A stretch of DNA of 64,000 nucleotides, taken from an uncultured Poribacteria bacterium (GTDB lineage Bacteria > Poribacteria > WGA-4E > WGA-3G). Numbering within the stretch: position 1 is the stretch's first letter; every line of letters starts with the position of its first letter. The position numbers and the translations under genes were made by a program. Location of the stretch: contig CATQHZ020000001.1 of the NCBI GenBank assembly GCA_958296135.2, forward strand, positions 3,840,001-3,904,000, read 5' to 3'. Below the pieces are notes generated by a model, which saw only the letters and a list, made by a program, of their open reading frames with translations, was not told the origin of the DNA and made no database searches. This document shows, piece after piece, positions 39,839 through 48,701 of this stretch.

Positions 39839-42274
39839 TTAATTCCCCTCCGAAGAATCGTCAATTTCAGCCGCCGTATCTGTCTCAGGCGCCATATCTG
39901 TCTCAGGCGCCGGCGCGTCTTCTTGCCCGATGCGCAACTGCCGTTCAGCATCGATAACATCCCGATTAATTTTTCCGATGCACCGATTCAGTTTCTCAAT
40001 AAGGACATTATGTCCCATCATCGCGCGGCGCATCTGCCGAAGCTGATCGATGACGAGTCTGAAGGTGCGGACAAAGTCGCCTGCGTCTAAGTCAGCGTAG
40101 CTTTCCAACTGATCAAACTCACAGCCGCGGCTCCACGCCAGCATCGCCGTGCAGAGGCGAAGTTCTAGCATCGGGGTAATCTCGGAGACCTTGTGCCGCA
40201 ATTCCAACCGCTGGAGGCGTGAGAGCTCACCGCTTACTGCGTCCAATGCGCCTAGCAACCGCGCATTCTTGAGCGGTTTATAGTATCCATCTTTACGCGG
40301 TTCAGAGACTATTGCCACCATGAGGCAGTTGATTTCGTCCTCGGTGAGCCGTTCAAAAAAGCCGCTGAACAGCAACTGCGTGAGTTGGAGTTCATACCCG
40401 TAGATGTGTGAGGCGGTGCTGCCGCGCGGGAGCACCGTTTGCCCCTCAATATAACCGAGGGCCTTCAGCACCTTGAGGCGCGCCGCTATCTGGAGGCGCG
40501 GGTAATTCTCGATGACATTCGTCTGCTGTTTGAGTTTCTGAATGCGCTGTTCCCCTCGGCGGATCTTTTTATAGCGCGCGGTGCATTGGCCCAACTGGTG
40601 GCATCCGTCGCACAAACTCTCCGTGCTCCCCCCTTGAACCTTCTTAATCTGCTTGTGAATTGGGGCCAGCCGCTTGATGCGTTGCTTCCGCTGCTTTTTC
40701 CCGCGCGTCTCCGCTTTGATTTTCGCCATGTCTACTTGGAACCGCTGGAGCGCCTTGGCGATATTCCGCTTGACGCGATAATGCATCTCGAGCTGCTCAA
40801 CGCCATCAACGCCATCGTGGATACATGCCGGGCGCGGCAGAGCCTTGCATTTGCCATCAAGCGTCTCAATCTGCGTGTTGAGCTCAGCAATGCGGGTGTA
40901 GTTTTGATGGTTGCTCAGACTCATCGTGTAGACATCGTAAATGTCGTCGCCATATTTCTCATAAAGATTGAGAATACTGGAATAAGAGAGGTTAAACTGA
41001 CTCTCTATCGGTTCAATCTTGTTGGCGATGACTTTGCGGATTTCGTCCGCATCGGCGTAGAACGGCTGAATTTGCGCATAGACGTAGCCGATAGTGTCAA
41101 TGCCGCGTCTTCCCGCACGCCCCGCCATCTGATGATACTCGCGGGACTTGAGATACCGGAACCCGATGCCATCAAATTTTTCAAGGCTATCAAAAACGAC
41201 GGTGCATGCTGGCATGTTGATGCCGACAGCGAACGTCTCTGTCGTGAAGAGGAGCCGAATTAAGCCCGAGGTGAAGAGGCGTTCGACTACCTCCTTGAGC
41301 GTAGGCAGCATCCCAGCATGGTGATAAGCGATGCCTCGGCTCACCAACCGGCGGAACTCGGCGATGTCCTTCTCCTCAACGATGTCAAATTGGATGCAGA
41401 GCGCGTCAAATCTCGCTAAAATCTCGGTTTTCTGCCACGGCTTCAGCAACGTCGGGTGCCTACCGTCCGCGTAATGGGAGGCGTTGGCTTCACAGCCCTT
41501 GCGGCTAAAACAGAAATAGAGGCACGGCAGCCGATTTTCGCGGTGGAGGTAAGGGAGCAGCTGCGTCTCTACCATATCGGAAGGAAGCACACGTTTTCCG
41601 GTATCCTTCTTGTCGCGCCACTCTTTTGCACGCCGCGCCTGCACCGCTTTCTGCTGGATGCCGGCGATATGTTTTAGCGTGCCGATGCCGTAATCGGTGA
41701 AATAGACGTAATGCTCTAGCGGGACGGGACGTTTCAGTTCCTCCACTACCTCAATCTCAATCTCCCGCACACTTTGCATCCACTCGGCGAAGTGCGCGAT
41801 ATTCGGAATCGTGGCACTCAGGCAGACAAATTTGATATGTTGCGGCCCGAAAATGAGGCTCTCCTCCCAAACAGTGCCGCGCGCGATGTCGTTAATATAG
41901 TGGATCTCGTCAAAAATAACGTAGGAGACATCGTCAAGCCGCTCAATGTTATCGAAAATCGTATTACGGAAGATCTCGGTAGTCATCAGCAGCACTTGTG
42001 CGTAAGGATTCAGCACCACATCGCCCGTAACGATGCCGATTTTCTCACCATACTCGGCATAAAAATCGCGGTACTTCTGATTGCTGAGTGCCTTAATCGG
42101 TGCGGTGTAGATAACCCGACGGTTCTCTTGGATACACTTTTCGACAGCATATTCGGCGATTACCGTCTTCCCGGCGCCCGTTGGCGCGGTGACAATCACC
42201 GAGTTATCCCGATTAATCGCCGCAATCGCATCCTCCTGAAACCGATCCAGTTGCAACCCTTTGTATTCCATCAA
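39839..42274 (-). CDS. Ski2/HelY-like DEAD/DEAH-box RNA helicase
   Basis: APTGAGKT, PIKALSNQK, DEIH, SAT, QMAGRAGRRG; DSHCT-like C-terminus. Confidence 0.93.
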   Translation of the reverse strand: MMEYKGLQLDRFQEDAIAAINRDNSVIVTAPTGAGKTVIAEYAVEKCIQENRRVIYTAPIKALSNQKYRDFYAEYGEKIGIVTGDVVLNPYAQVLLMTTEIFRNTIFDNIERLDDVSYVIFDEIHYINDIARGTVWEESLIFGPQHIKFVCLSATIPNIAHFAEWMQSVREIEIEVVEELKRPVPLEHYVYFTDYGIGTLKHIAGIQQKAVQARRAKEWRDKKDTGKRVLPSDMVETQLLPYLHRENRLPCLYFCFSRKGCEANASHYADGRHPTLLKPWQKTEILARFDALCIQFDIVEEKDIAEFRRLVSRGIAYHHAGMLPTLKEVVERLFTSGLIRLLFTTETFAVGINMPACTVVFDSLEKFDGIGFRYLKSREYHQMAGRAGRRGIDTIGYVYAQIQPFYADADEIRKVIANKIEPIESQFNLSYSSILNLYEKYGDDIYDVYTMSLSNHQNYTRIAELNTQIETLDGKCKALPRPACIHDGVDGVEQLEMHYRVKRNIAKALQRFQVDMAKIKAETRGKKQRKQRIKRLAPIHKQIKKVQGGSTESLCDGCHQLGQCTARYKKIRRGEQRIQKLKQQTNVIENYPRLQIAARLKVLKALGYIEGQTVLPRGSTASHIYGYELQLTQLLFSGFFERLTEDEINCLMVAIVSEPRKDGYYKPLKNARLLGALDAVSGELSRLQRLELRHKVSEITPMLELRLCTAMLAWSRGCEFDQLESYADLDAGDFVRTFRLVIDQLRQMRRAMMGHNVLIEKLNRCIGKINRDVIDAERQLRIGQEDAPAPETDMAPETDTAAEIDDSSEGN

Positions 42275-42577
42275 GACCTCCTTTGCGTAATCTGTTAAAG
42301 CATAGTGTAACCTATTTTCGCTTTTTTGTCAAGAAAAAATTGAATTATTACTAGGTTTATTTCGCTCCCTTGAACCGTAGGGCGAGGGTCTGTCCCTATC
42401 CATGCAGCGAACGTCTCAAAAAGCGTCCGTGGCCTCTGGGTTGCGGACGTTTTTCGTTGCGGTTGGGGGCCCGCGGGGAACAAGCCCCCGCGCTACGGTG
42501 AAAAACGAAATCGTATTGGAAAATTTCGCGCAAATCTGATACAATAGACACATCAAGTCCATAGGAGGAACACGGAG

Positions 42578-43429
42578 ATGAACCAACACAACTTCACCCT
42601 CACTGACTCGGAAATTAACTTTTTCAAGACATTCGGGTATCTCGGCTTCCCACAGCTGATGGCAGACCGGATTTCGGCGATTCAGGACGCATTTGAAGAA
42701 GTCTGGGAAGAGCACGGCGGCGGACATAACGGGCAACCGCACGAAGGCATGGCGCGCTCCTGCATCGTGCCGTTCATCGATCAGCACGAAGAACTCTGCT
42801 CGCTCCTCGATGACCCGAGGATTCTCGCGATTGCTAAGACACTGCTCGGCGACGATTTCAATTACATGGGCAGCGACGGCAACTTCTACGTCGGCGATAC
42901 CGGCTGGCACTCAGATGGCGGACATAAACTGGAAGACCCGAGGCATATCAAGATTGCCTTCTACCTCGACCCGCTGACACGGGACACCGGCGCGCTGCGC
43001 GTCATTCCCGGCAGCCACCTCTTCGGCGATAATTACGCGGATGGACTCTCCAAGCAAATCGGGAAGAGCCAAGAGTTATGGGAATTGCACGGGAAGGATG
43101 TGCCGGCCGTCGCCCTAGAGACAACACCGGGCGATCTGGTGCTGTTTAACCACAACACGAAGCATGCCGCGTTCGGCGGCGGCAAACGGCGGCGCATGTT
43201 TACCATCAATCTCTGCCAACGGTACCCGGCGGAGAAACTGGACGCGCTGCAGGCATACATCAGTGGGGCGGCGCGATTCTGGATCGATCGGAAATACAGC
43301 GAGAAAATGGTGAGAACGGCAACACCAGAACGGAAGATTCACCTCGAACAGGTGAGGGCGAACGATGGGCATCTGGCGGACTTGTCGCGTCAGGCGCGGG
43401 GACGAATGAGCGAACCGTCGCGCGGCTAA
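42578..43429 (+). CDS. Phytanoyl-CoA dioxygenase (PhyH) family protein
   Basis: WHSD, GALRVIPGSH, distal H and R motifs. Confidence 0.9.
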   Translation: MNQHNFTLTDSEINFFKTFGYLGFPQLMADRISAIQDAFEEVWEEHGGGHNGQPHEGMARSCIVPFIDQHEELCSLLDDPRILAIAKTLLGDDFNYMGSDGNFYVGDTGWHSDGGHKLEDPRHIKIAFYLDPLTRDTGALRVIPGSHLFGDNYADGLSKQIGKSQELWELHGKDVPAVALETTPGDLVLFNHNTKHAAFGGGKRRRMFTINLCQRYPAEKLDALQAYISGAARFWIDRKYSEKMVRTATPERKIHLEQVRANDGHLADLSRQARGRMSEPSRG

Positions 43430-43489
43430 TACCCAGGAGTACGCCGAACGAATTCCGTAGGCGCGGTTTGAAACCGCGCCTACCGGTGT

Positions 43490-44326
43490 TTATGGCGCAG
43501 CAGCTTCTCGCCACGCCTGCCGAACGAACGCAATCGACTGCGCAAACCCTTCCTCGCCTGAGCGGCTCGCCTCTTCAATGCTGAGCCAGCCGTCATAGTT
43601 TGCTGCTCTCATGCGGGCGAAGACTTGGGGGATTGGGGCGGCACCGGTGCCGACGCGCACCGGCTCAAACACCCCAACTTCGCGAAGATCGAAGATATGA
43701 AGCACGACAACCCTGTCAATAACTTCATCTAGCAGCGCGAGGACATCTTCGCCGAGAACAAGCGGATTGGCAGTATCAAAGCAGACACCGAGAGGCGTAT
43801 CGGCGAGGGCCTCCAGGATTTCTAGGAAAATTTCTGTCGGCTGAGAGAAGTCCCAATAGTCCCACGGCGCACCTTTGGTGTGGTTCTCATAAGCGAGAGT
43901 GATGCCGCGCGTGTCCGCCTCATCAAGGGCGCGGCGGAATCCTTCGGTTATCCACTGCACGCCTTCATCGCGCTGGAGGCCGGGGTGGTTTTGTCCCGCC
44001 GTAATGCGGACGAATCTCGCCCCTAACACGTCCGCCAATTCAATGTCCGCCTTGAGTTGCGTCAGTTCAACTTCGCGTCGCGTTGCATCCGGGTGCGTAA
44101 AATCGGAATAGCACGCGAGCATGCAGGGCGCAATACGGTATTTTTCAAAGGCAAGCGCGGCACGCATGATGTTCAAAGTGTCCGCGTTGCGCCGTGGGAA
44201 AAACTTGATGCTAAAATCCACCGCATCAAGCCCCAGTTTCGCGCCCAAACCAATCCAGTCGGCAACGGTGCTTCTCTCGCTGAAGATGTCATCGTAAAGT
44301 GAAACAGGGAGACAGCTCAGTCTCAT
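43490..44326 (-). CDS. Sugar phosphate isomerase/epimerase (xylose isomerase-like TIM barrel)
   Basis: YENH, FDTAN, H..D, YDGWLSIE motifs. Confidence 0.9.
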   Translation of the reverse strand: MRLSCLPVSLYDDIFSERSTVADWIGLGAKLGLDAVDFSIKFFPRRNADTLNIMRAALAFEKYRIAPCMLACYSDFTHPDATRREVELTQLKADIELADVLGARFVRITAGQNHPGLQRDEGVQWITEGFRRALDEADTRGITLAYENHTKGAPWDYWDFSQPTEIFLEILEALADTPLGVCFDTANPLVLGEDVLALLDEVIDRVVVLHIFDLREVGVFEPVRVGTGAAPIPQVFARMRAANYDGWLSIEEASRSGEEGFAQSIAFVRQAWREAAAP

Positions 44327-45117
44327 TTGTCATCTTCCTCCGGGACAGGTAAAATAGTAACCTTCAAGCCGGGGACAGAACCGCCTGCCTCTTGCACGAT
44401 GTCAATCCCTTTTTGGGCATCCTGTTGTGCGAGCTCTTCGTGCCCGAGGGCCCGGTTCGCTTGGGCGCGGAGGATGTAGCCTCTAGCATCATCGGGCTTG
44501 AGTTTGACGAGTGCTTCGGCATCCTTGAGCGTTGCAGCGGGCATGCCGAGATTGAACTTCGCAGCGGCACGCGACGCGAGCGCATCGATGAGCCCAGGGT
44601 GAAACCGGAGTGCCTTGTCGAAGTCCCGAATGGACTCCCGATATTGCTGAAGATCATATTTTGAATTACCGCGCGCGTGGTAGCCTTCGGCGAAGCGCGG
44701 GTCGATTCGGAGTGACTCGTCAAAGTCCTTAATGGCTGCAGCGTGCCGATTCAGCTGCCTTTTCGCCATGCCACGGGAGTAGTATGCCTCCATGTTATCG
44801 GGGTTGTGTCGGACATCAATGTCATAATCCTTGATGGCCTCCTCGTAGTTGCCCATTTCATAGTTCGCTTGCGCACGAAAATGGTAGGCATCCCGTTCCT
44901 CGGAGTTGAGTTCAATAGACTTATCGTAATCCTTGATGGCCTCTTCATACTGGCCGAGGGAATATTTTGCGATGCCGCGTAGATTGTATGCCTGATTCAG
45001 GTCTGGCGCGCCGAGCTCAATGGCAAGGTCAAAATCGTAGATAGCGTGCTGATAGTGGCCCCTCATATTCTTAGCGAGGCCCTGCTTGATGTAGTAATCG
45101 CCGCTGTGTCGTGCCAT
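44323..45117 (-). CDS. Tetratricopeptide repeat protein
   Basis: Repeated AY..RG.AK..LG.YEEAIKDYD units. Confidence 0.93.
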   Translation of the reverse strand: MARHSGDYYIKQGLAKNMRGHYQHAIYDFDLAIELGAPDLNQAYNLRGIAKYSLGQYEEAIKDYDKSIELNSEERDAYHFRAQANYEMGNYEEAIKDYDIDVRHNPDNMEAYYSRGMAKRQLNRHAAAIKDFDESLRIDPRFAEGYHARGNSKYDLQQYRESIRDFDKALRFHPGLIDALASRAAAKFNLGMPAATLKDAEALVKLKPDDARGYILRAQANRALGHEELAQQDAQKGIDIVQEAGGSVPGLKVTILPVPEEDDK

Positions 45118-45243
45118 GATGTTCTCCTAAGGCTCTGCCTTTAAAGATGTCGGCTTATTGTAGCATCTTTCCGCAAAATGTGCAAGTTTTTTTGTTAGGT
45201 GCGATGGAGCGATTCAGCTCCCCCCGGTAGGAGAGACCTCCTG

Positions 45244-45346
45244 GTCTCGATAGCTGTAAGCGCGCACTCCCGCGTCTCGATGCCCCGATAGGCGTGCCCT
45301 CCCGCGTCTCGATAGCTGTAAGCGCGCACTCCCGCGTCTCAATGCC
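45244..45346. repeat. Imperfect tandem repeat of 30-32 bp units
   Basis: GTCTCGATAGCTGTAAGCGCGCACTCCCGC twice, with a variant unit between. Confidence 0.8.
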
Positions 45347-45420
45347 AATAAAAAACTTTTTCCTTGCACAAAACAGACATTTCAGGTTATACTAATTAAC
45401 GGGGGTCCTATGTTGCTTGG

Positions 45421-45555
45421 GTGATTCAAAATTATGGGAAAACCAGTTGGTTTCTCATTATAGCTGGAGTGCTGGGAGCACTTCTGGCCACATTTATACT
45501 TATTCGGATCAATCGTGTTGCCTATCGAAAGATTCATGAATTGGAGGATTTGTAA
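45421..45555 (+). CDS. Small single-TM protein, possibly 5'-truncated
   Basis: GTG start gives 44 aa (M)IQNYGKTSWFLIIAGVLGALLATFILIRINRVAYRKIHELEDL; TAATG overlap with next ORF. Confidence 0.5.
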   Translation: MIQNYGKTSWFLIIAGVLGALLATFILIRINRVAYRKIHELEDL

Positions 45556-45647
45556 TGGAATGGGTTGCCCTTTTCACGCTAGTAATGTTTCTCACAGGGC
45601 TCGGTGTCATCGTCCGAGATGTCATCAAAGAGGCCAATAAAGATTGA
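45555..45647 (+). CDS. 30-aa hydrophobic peptide, copy 1
   Basis: RBS GGAGG; MEWVALFTLVMFLTGLGVIVRDVIKEANKD. Confidence 0.7.
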   Translation: MEWVALFTLVMFLTGLGVIVRDVIKEANKD

Positions 45648-45742
45648 AAGCCACATAGGAAACGCGGAAACTAGTCAGGTTCGCCCAGGGTTTCCGCGTC
45701 CATCAAGGCAATCGTTTGCCACTCCCTATCGGAGGATTTGTG

Positions 45743-45835
45743 ATGGAATGGGTTGCAATTCTCACGGTGGTGATTTTTTTCACAGGGCTCGGCATTGTCA
45801 TCCGGGATGTGATAAAAGAGGCCAATAAAGATTGA
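45743..45835 (+). CDS. 30-aa hydrophobic peptide, copy 2
   Basis: RBS GGAGG; MEWVAILTVVIFFTGLGIVIRDVIKEANKD; only conservative changes versus copy 1. Confidence 0.7.
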   Translation: MEWVAILTVVIFFTGLGIVIRDVIKEANKD

Positions 45836-45890
45836 AAGCCACATAGGAAACGCGGAAACCGTTTTCCGCGTTCTAAGGAGGAAATTTGTT

Positions 45891-46736
45891 ATGCGTATTC
45901 AGTCAAATCAACGCAGGTTTGCAGCACTTCGTTTGCAACTGCATCTCGCAAAATTAGGAATTATCGTAGGAATGCTTATGTGGACAACCGGTTGCAAGAA
46001 GACTATCGAGGGGCCACCCCATGTCCAAAAGGTGGAATGGGGCTACGAAGCAGAAAATGGCCCCGACGTTTGGGGACAACTCAGCCCAGAATATAGCCTG
46101 TGTGCGGTAGGACGGCACCAATCTCCGATCGACTTGGTGAACCCGATGCCGGCAGAACTCCCGGCTATCGCCTTCAACTACCAACCGACACCCCTAGACA
46201 TTCGTCATACCGGGCATACAATTGAGGTGGGATACCCTGTAGGAAAACCCGCTGATTCCGACACAGGAAACTGGCTTGAGGTTGATGGAACGCGGTATCA
46301 ACTCCTGCAATTCCACTTTCACACGCCGAGTGAACACACGGTGGCAGGCGAACTGTTTAATATGGAAATGCACCTCGTTCACAAAAGTGAAGACGACACA
46401 CTGGCTGTCATCGGAGTGCTCATTGAGAAGGGCAGCGAAAACGCCGCTTTTAACCCGATTTGGGCGCATCTGCCAACCGCCCCAGGCGAAGCGAAACGCA
46501 TTGAGAACGTCACCTTCAACGTTGAGGATTTGTTGCCGAACACGCGGCACACCTACCGTTACGAAGGTTCGTTGACGACACCTCCCTGCTCCGAAGGAGT
46601 CAAATGGTTTGTCGTGACAACACCGATTGAGATGTCGGAAGAGCAAATTTCTGCGTTCGCAGCGATTATCCATCGCAACAATCGCCCGGTGCAACCCTTG
46701 AATGGGCGCGAACTGCTCGTAGATGTGATAGAATAA
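45891..46736 (+). CDS. Alpha-class carbonic anhydrase
   Basis: QSPID, QFHFHTPSEH, EMHLVH, GSLTTPPCSEGV motifs. Confidence 0.97.
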   Translation: MRIQSNQRRFAALRLQLHLAKLGIIVGMLMWTTGCKKTIEGPPHVQKVEWGYEAENGPDVWGQLSPEYSLCAVGRHQSPIDLVNPMPAELPAIAFNYQPTPLDIRHTGHTIEVGYPVGKPADSDTGNWLEVDGTRYQLLQFHFHTPSEHTVAGELFNMEMHLVHKSEDDTLAVIGVLIEKGSENAAFNPIWAHLPTAPGEAKRIENVTFNVEDLLPNTRHTYRYEGSLTTPPCSEGVKWFVVTTPIEMSEEQISAFAAIIHRNNRPVQPLNGRELLVDVIE

Positions 46737-46794
46737 GGAACCACTCCCGAAAATAAAAAGCCGCTTCGACCGGATTCTTATGGTAAAAATGCTT

Positions 46795-47825
46795 CTTAGT
46801 CCGTAGGGCGCGGTCCTGTGCTGCGCCGTGCTGCGGTGAAAATGCCCCTTAGTCCGTAGGGCGCGGTCCTATGCCGCGCCGTGCATCGGTGAAAAAGCCC
46901 CTTAGTCCGTAGGGCGCGGTCTTGTGCCGCGCCGTGCTTGGGTAAAATGCCCTTAGTCCGTAGGGCGCGGTCCTGTGCCGCGCCATGCATCGGTGAAAAT
47001 GCCCCTTAGTCCGTAGGGCGCGGTCCTGTGCCGCGCCATGCATCGGTGAAAATGCCCCTTAGTCCGTAGGGCGCGGTCCTGTGCCGCGCCATGCTGCGGT
47101 CTAGCGAGAGGGTTCGCGAGGAACAGGTTTTCCCGCGCGCGAGGGTGAAAGGGGGCCTTTCTTATCGGTCGAGAGATCGCGAGGGACAGGCCCTCGCGCT
47201 ACGGTTAAAAGGGGCCGTCGGTGAAGAGGCCCCTTAGTCCGTAGGGCGCGGTCCTGTGCCGCGCCATGCATCGGTCTATCAAGGAGGATCGCGAGGAACA
47301 GGCCCTCGCGCTACGGTGAAAGGGGCCGTTTCGCGGCGAACAGGCCCTCGCGCTACGGTGAAAATGCCCTTAGTCCGTAGGGCGCGGTCCTGTGCCGCGT
47401 CATGCTGCGGTCTATCAAGGAGGATCGCGAGAAACAGGTTTTCCCGCGCGCGAGGGTGAAAGGGGGCCTTTCTTATCGGTCGAGAGATCGCGAGGGACAG
47501 GCCCTCGCGCTACGGTTGAAGGGGCCTGTTTCGCGCGACGATTAAAAGCCCCTTAGTCCGTAGGGCGCGGTCCTGTGCCGCGCCATGCATCGGTCTATTG
47601 AGGAGGATCGCGAGGGACAGGCCGCCGCGCGACGGTGAAAGGGGGGTTCGTGTGGTTCGGACGATCGCGAGGGACAGGCCCTCGCGCTACGGTGAAAGGG
47701 GCCGTTTCGCGGCGAACAGGCCCTCGCGCTACGGTGAAGAGGTGCCTTAGTCCGTAGGGCGCGGTCCTGTGCTGCGCCATGCATCGGTGAAAAGGGGCCT
47801 CTTTCGCGCGAGGGTGAAAAGGGCC
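46795..47825. repeat. REP/BIME-like repeat array (about 10 copies of main unit plus second hairpin type)
   Basis: CTTAGTCCGTAGGGCGCGGTCCTGTGCCGCGCCATGC, first six with ~53-bp period, then mixed with CGCGAGGGACAGGCCCTCGCGCTACGG. Confidence 0.92.
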
Positions 47826-47855
47826 GCTCTGGACCTGGATGCTGTAACCTAAACC

Positions 47856-47935
47856 TTGACAAAAACGTTAAGAAATGATAGCATCTAAAAAAATCACATT
47901 TTTAAGTTGACAAACACGCAAAAATGTGGTATACT
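47856..47935 (+). promoter_or_regulatory. Two tandem sigma70 promoters
   Basis: TTGACA-17-TAGCAT (47856) and TTGACA-17-TATACT (47907). Confidence 0.75.
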
Positions 47936-47994
47936 ATTTATGTCATCAATTTGGTTGGGCATGACATTCAACGTCACGAAAAAGGAGCACGAAC

Positions 47995-48701
47995 GTGAAC
48001 ACTCTATTCCGCGCGGATTATCCGATTCGCCTGCAGATATCTGTGAAAGCGACGCAGCAGCCGCCCTGGCTGCGCGCCGTATCCACGTTTGCGTTTGCGC
48101 GTCCCGTTGATGATGCCCTAGACCAGATTACCCCCCCCTCACTTTACGCCAGTTAACCCTTGATAGACTCGGCAGGAAGGGGCTCCGGGGGGATATCCTT
48201 GCTCGCAATTCCAACATAAAAAACCGCGCGCGGTGCATGCGCGCGACTCACATTGCTCCGTGGCAACCGCTCACGTTCGCGTGGACGCGGCTGCCACGGG
48301 GCTTTTCGCGTTGCACCGACGGCTGCAACGTCGAAGTCCACCAGCGTTGTTCTGGGGAAATTTCTGTCCCCACTAGGGATATAAAGGGGCAGGATAACCG
48401 TGGGCCTCCGCCCACGGTTACCCTGTTTTCTCCGAGACTGCGCTACCTGCTGCGCTCCACTGCAATCGGTGGGGCGGAGACGGTATTATCGGGACCAGAG
48501 GTCCCTCCTACTCTTCATGTTTCCGCCGCAATCGGTGCGGCTGAAACCCCCTATTCATTTTATTTCATTTTTCCAAGAGGAGAATTTTCCTATGAAAAGG
48601 CATTCCATCTTTTTCTTATGTTTGCTGCTCGTCGTCGGGATAGTTTCGATGCTCGGCATACCGACAGATGCCTACGCAGCAATAGTCATAGACACGATTG
48701 A
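47995..48701 (+). other. Leader ORF split by a C8 tract (possible phase-variable or arrest-peptide leader)
   Basis: RBS AAGGAG + GTG 47995, stop at 48156; one extra C at 48131-48138 would join it to the open frame ending 48701, which contains RGPP. Confidence 0.4.

Noticed and set aside
45244-45346. Possible mini-CRISPR
   Set aside because: Units one and three are identical throughout, so there are no unique spacers; a simple tandem repeat.
46795-47825. Possible CRISPR array (37-bp repeat, regular period)
   Set aside because: Intervening segments are only ~15-17 nt and nearly identical, later spacing is irregular and filled with another repeat, and no cas genes are present; fits REP/BIME.
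46796-47862. Short ORFs within the repeat arrays (also 52696-53395)
   Set aside because: Translations of the DNA repeat itself; no RBS or coding signature.
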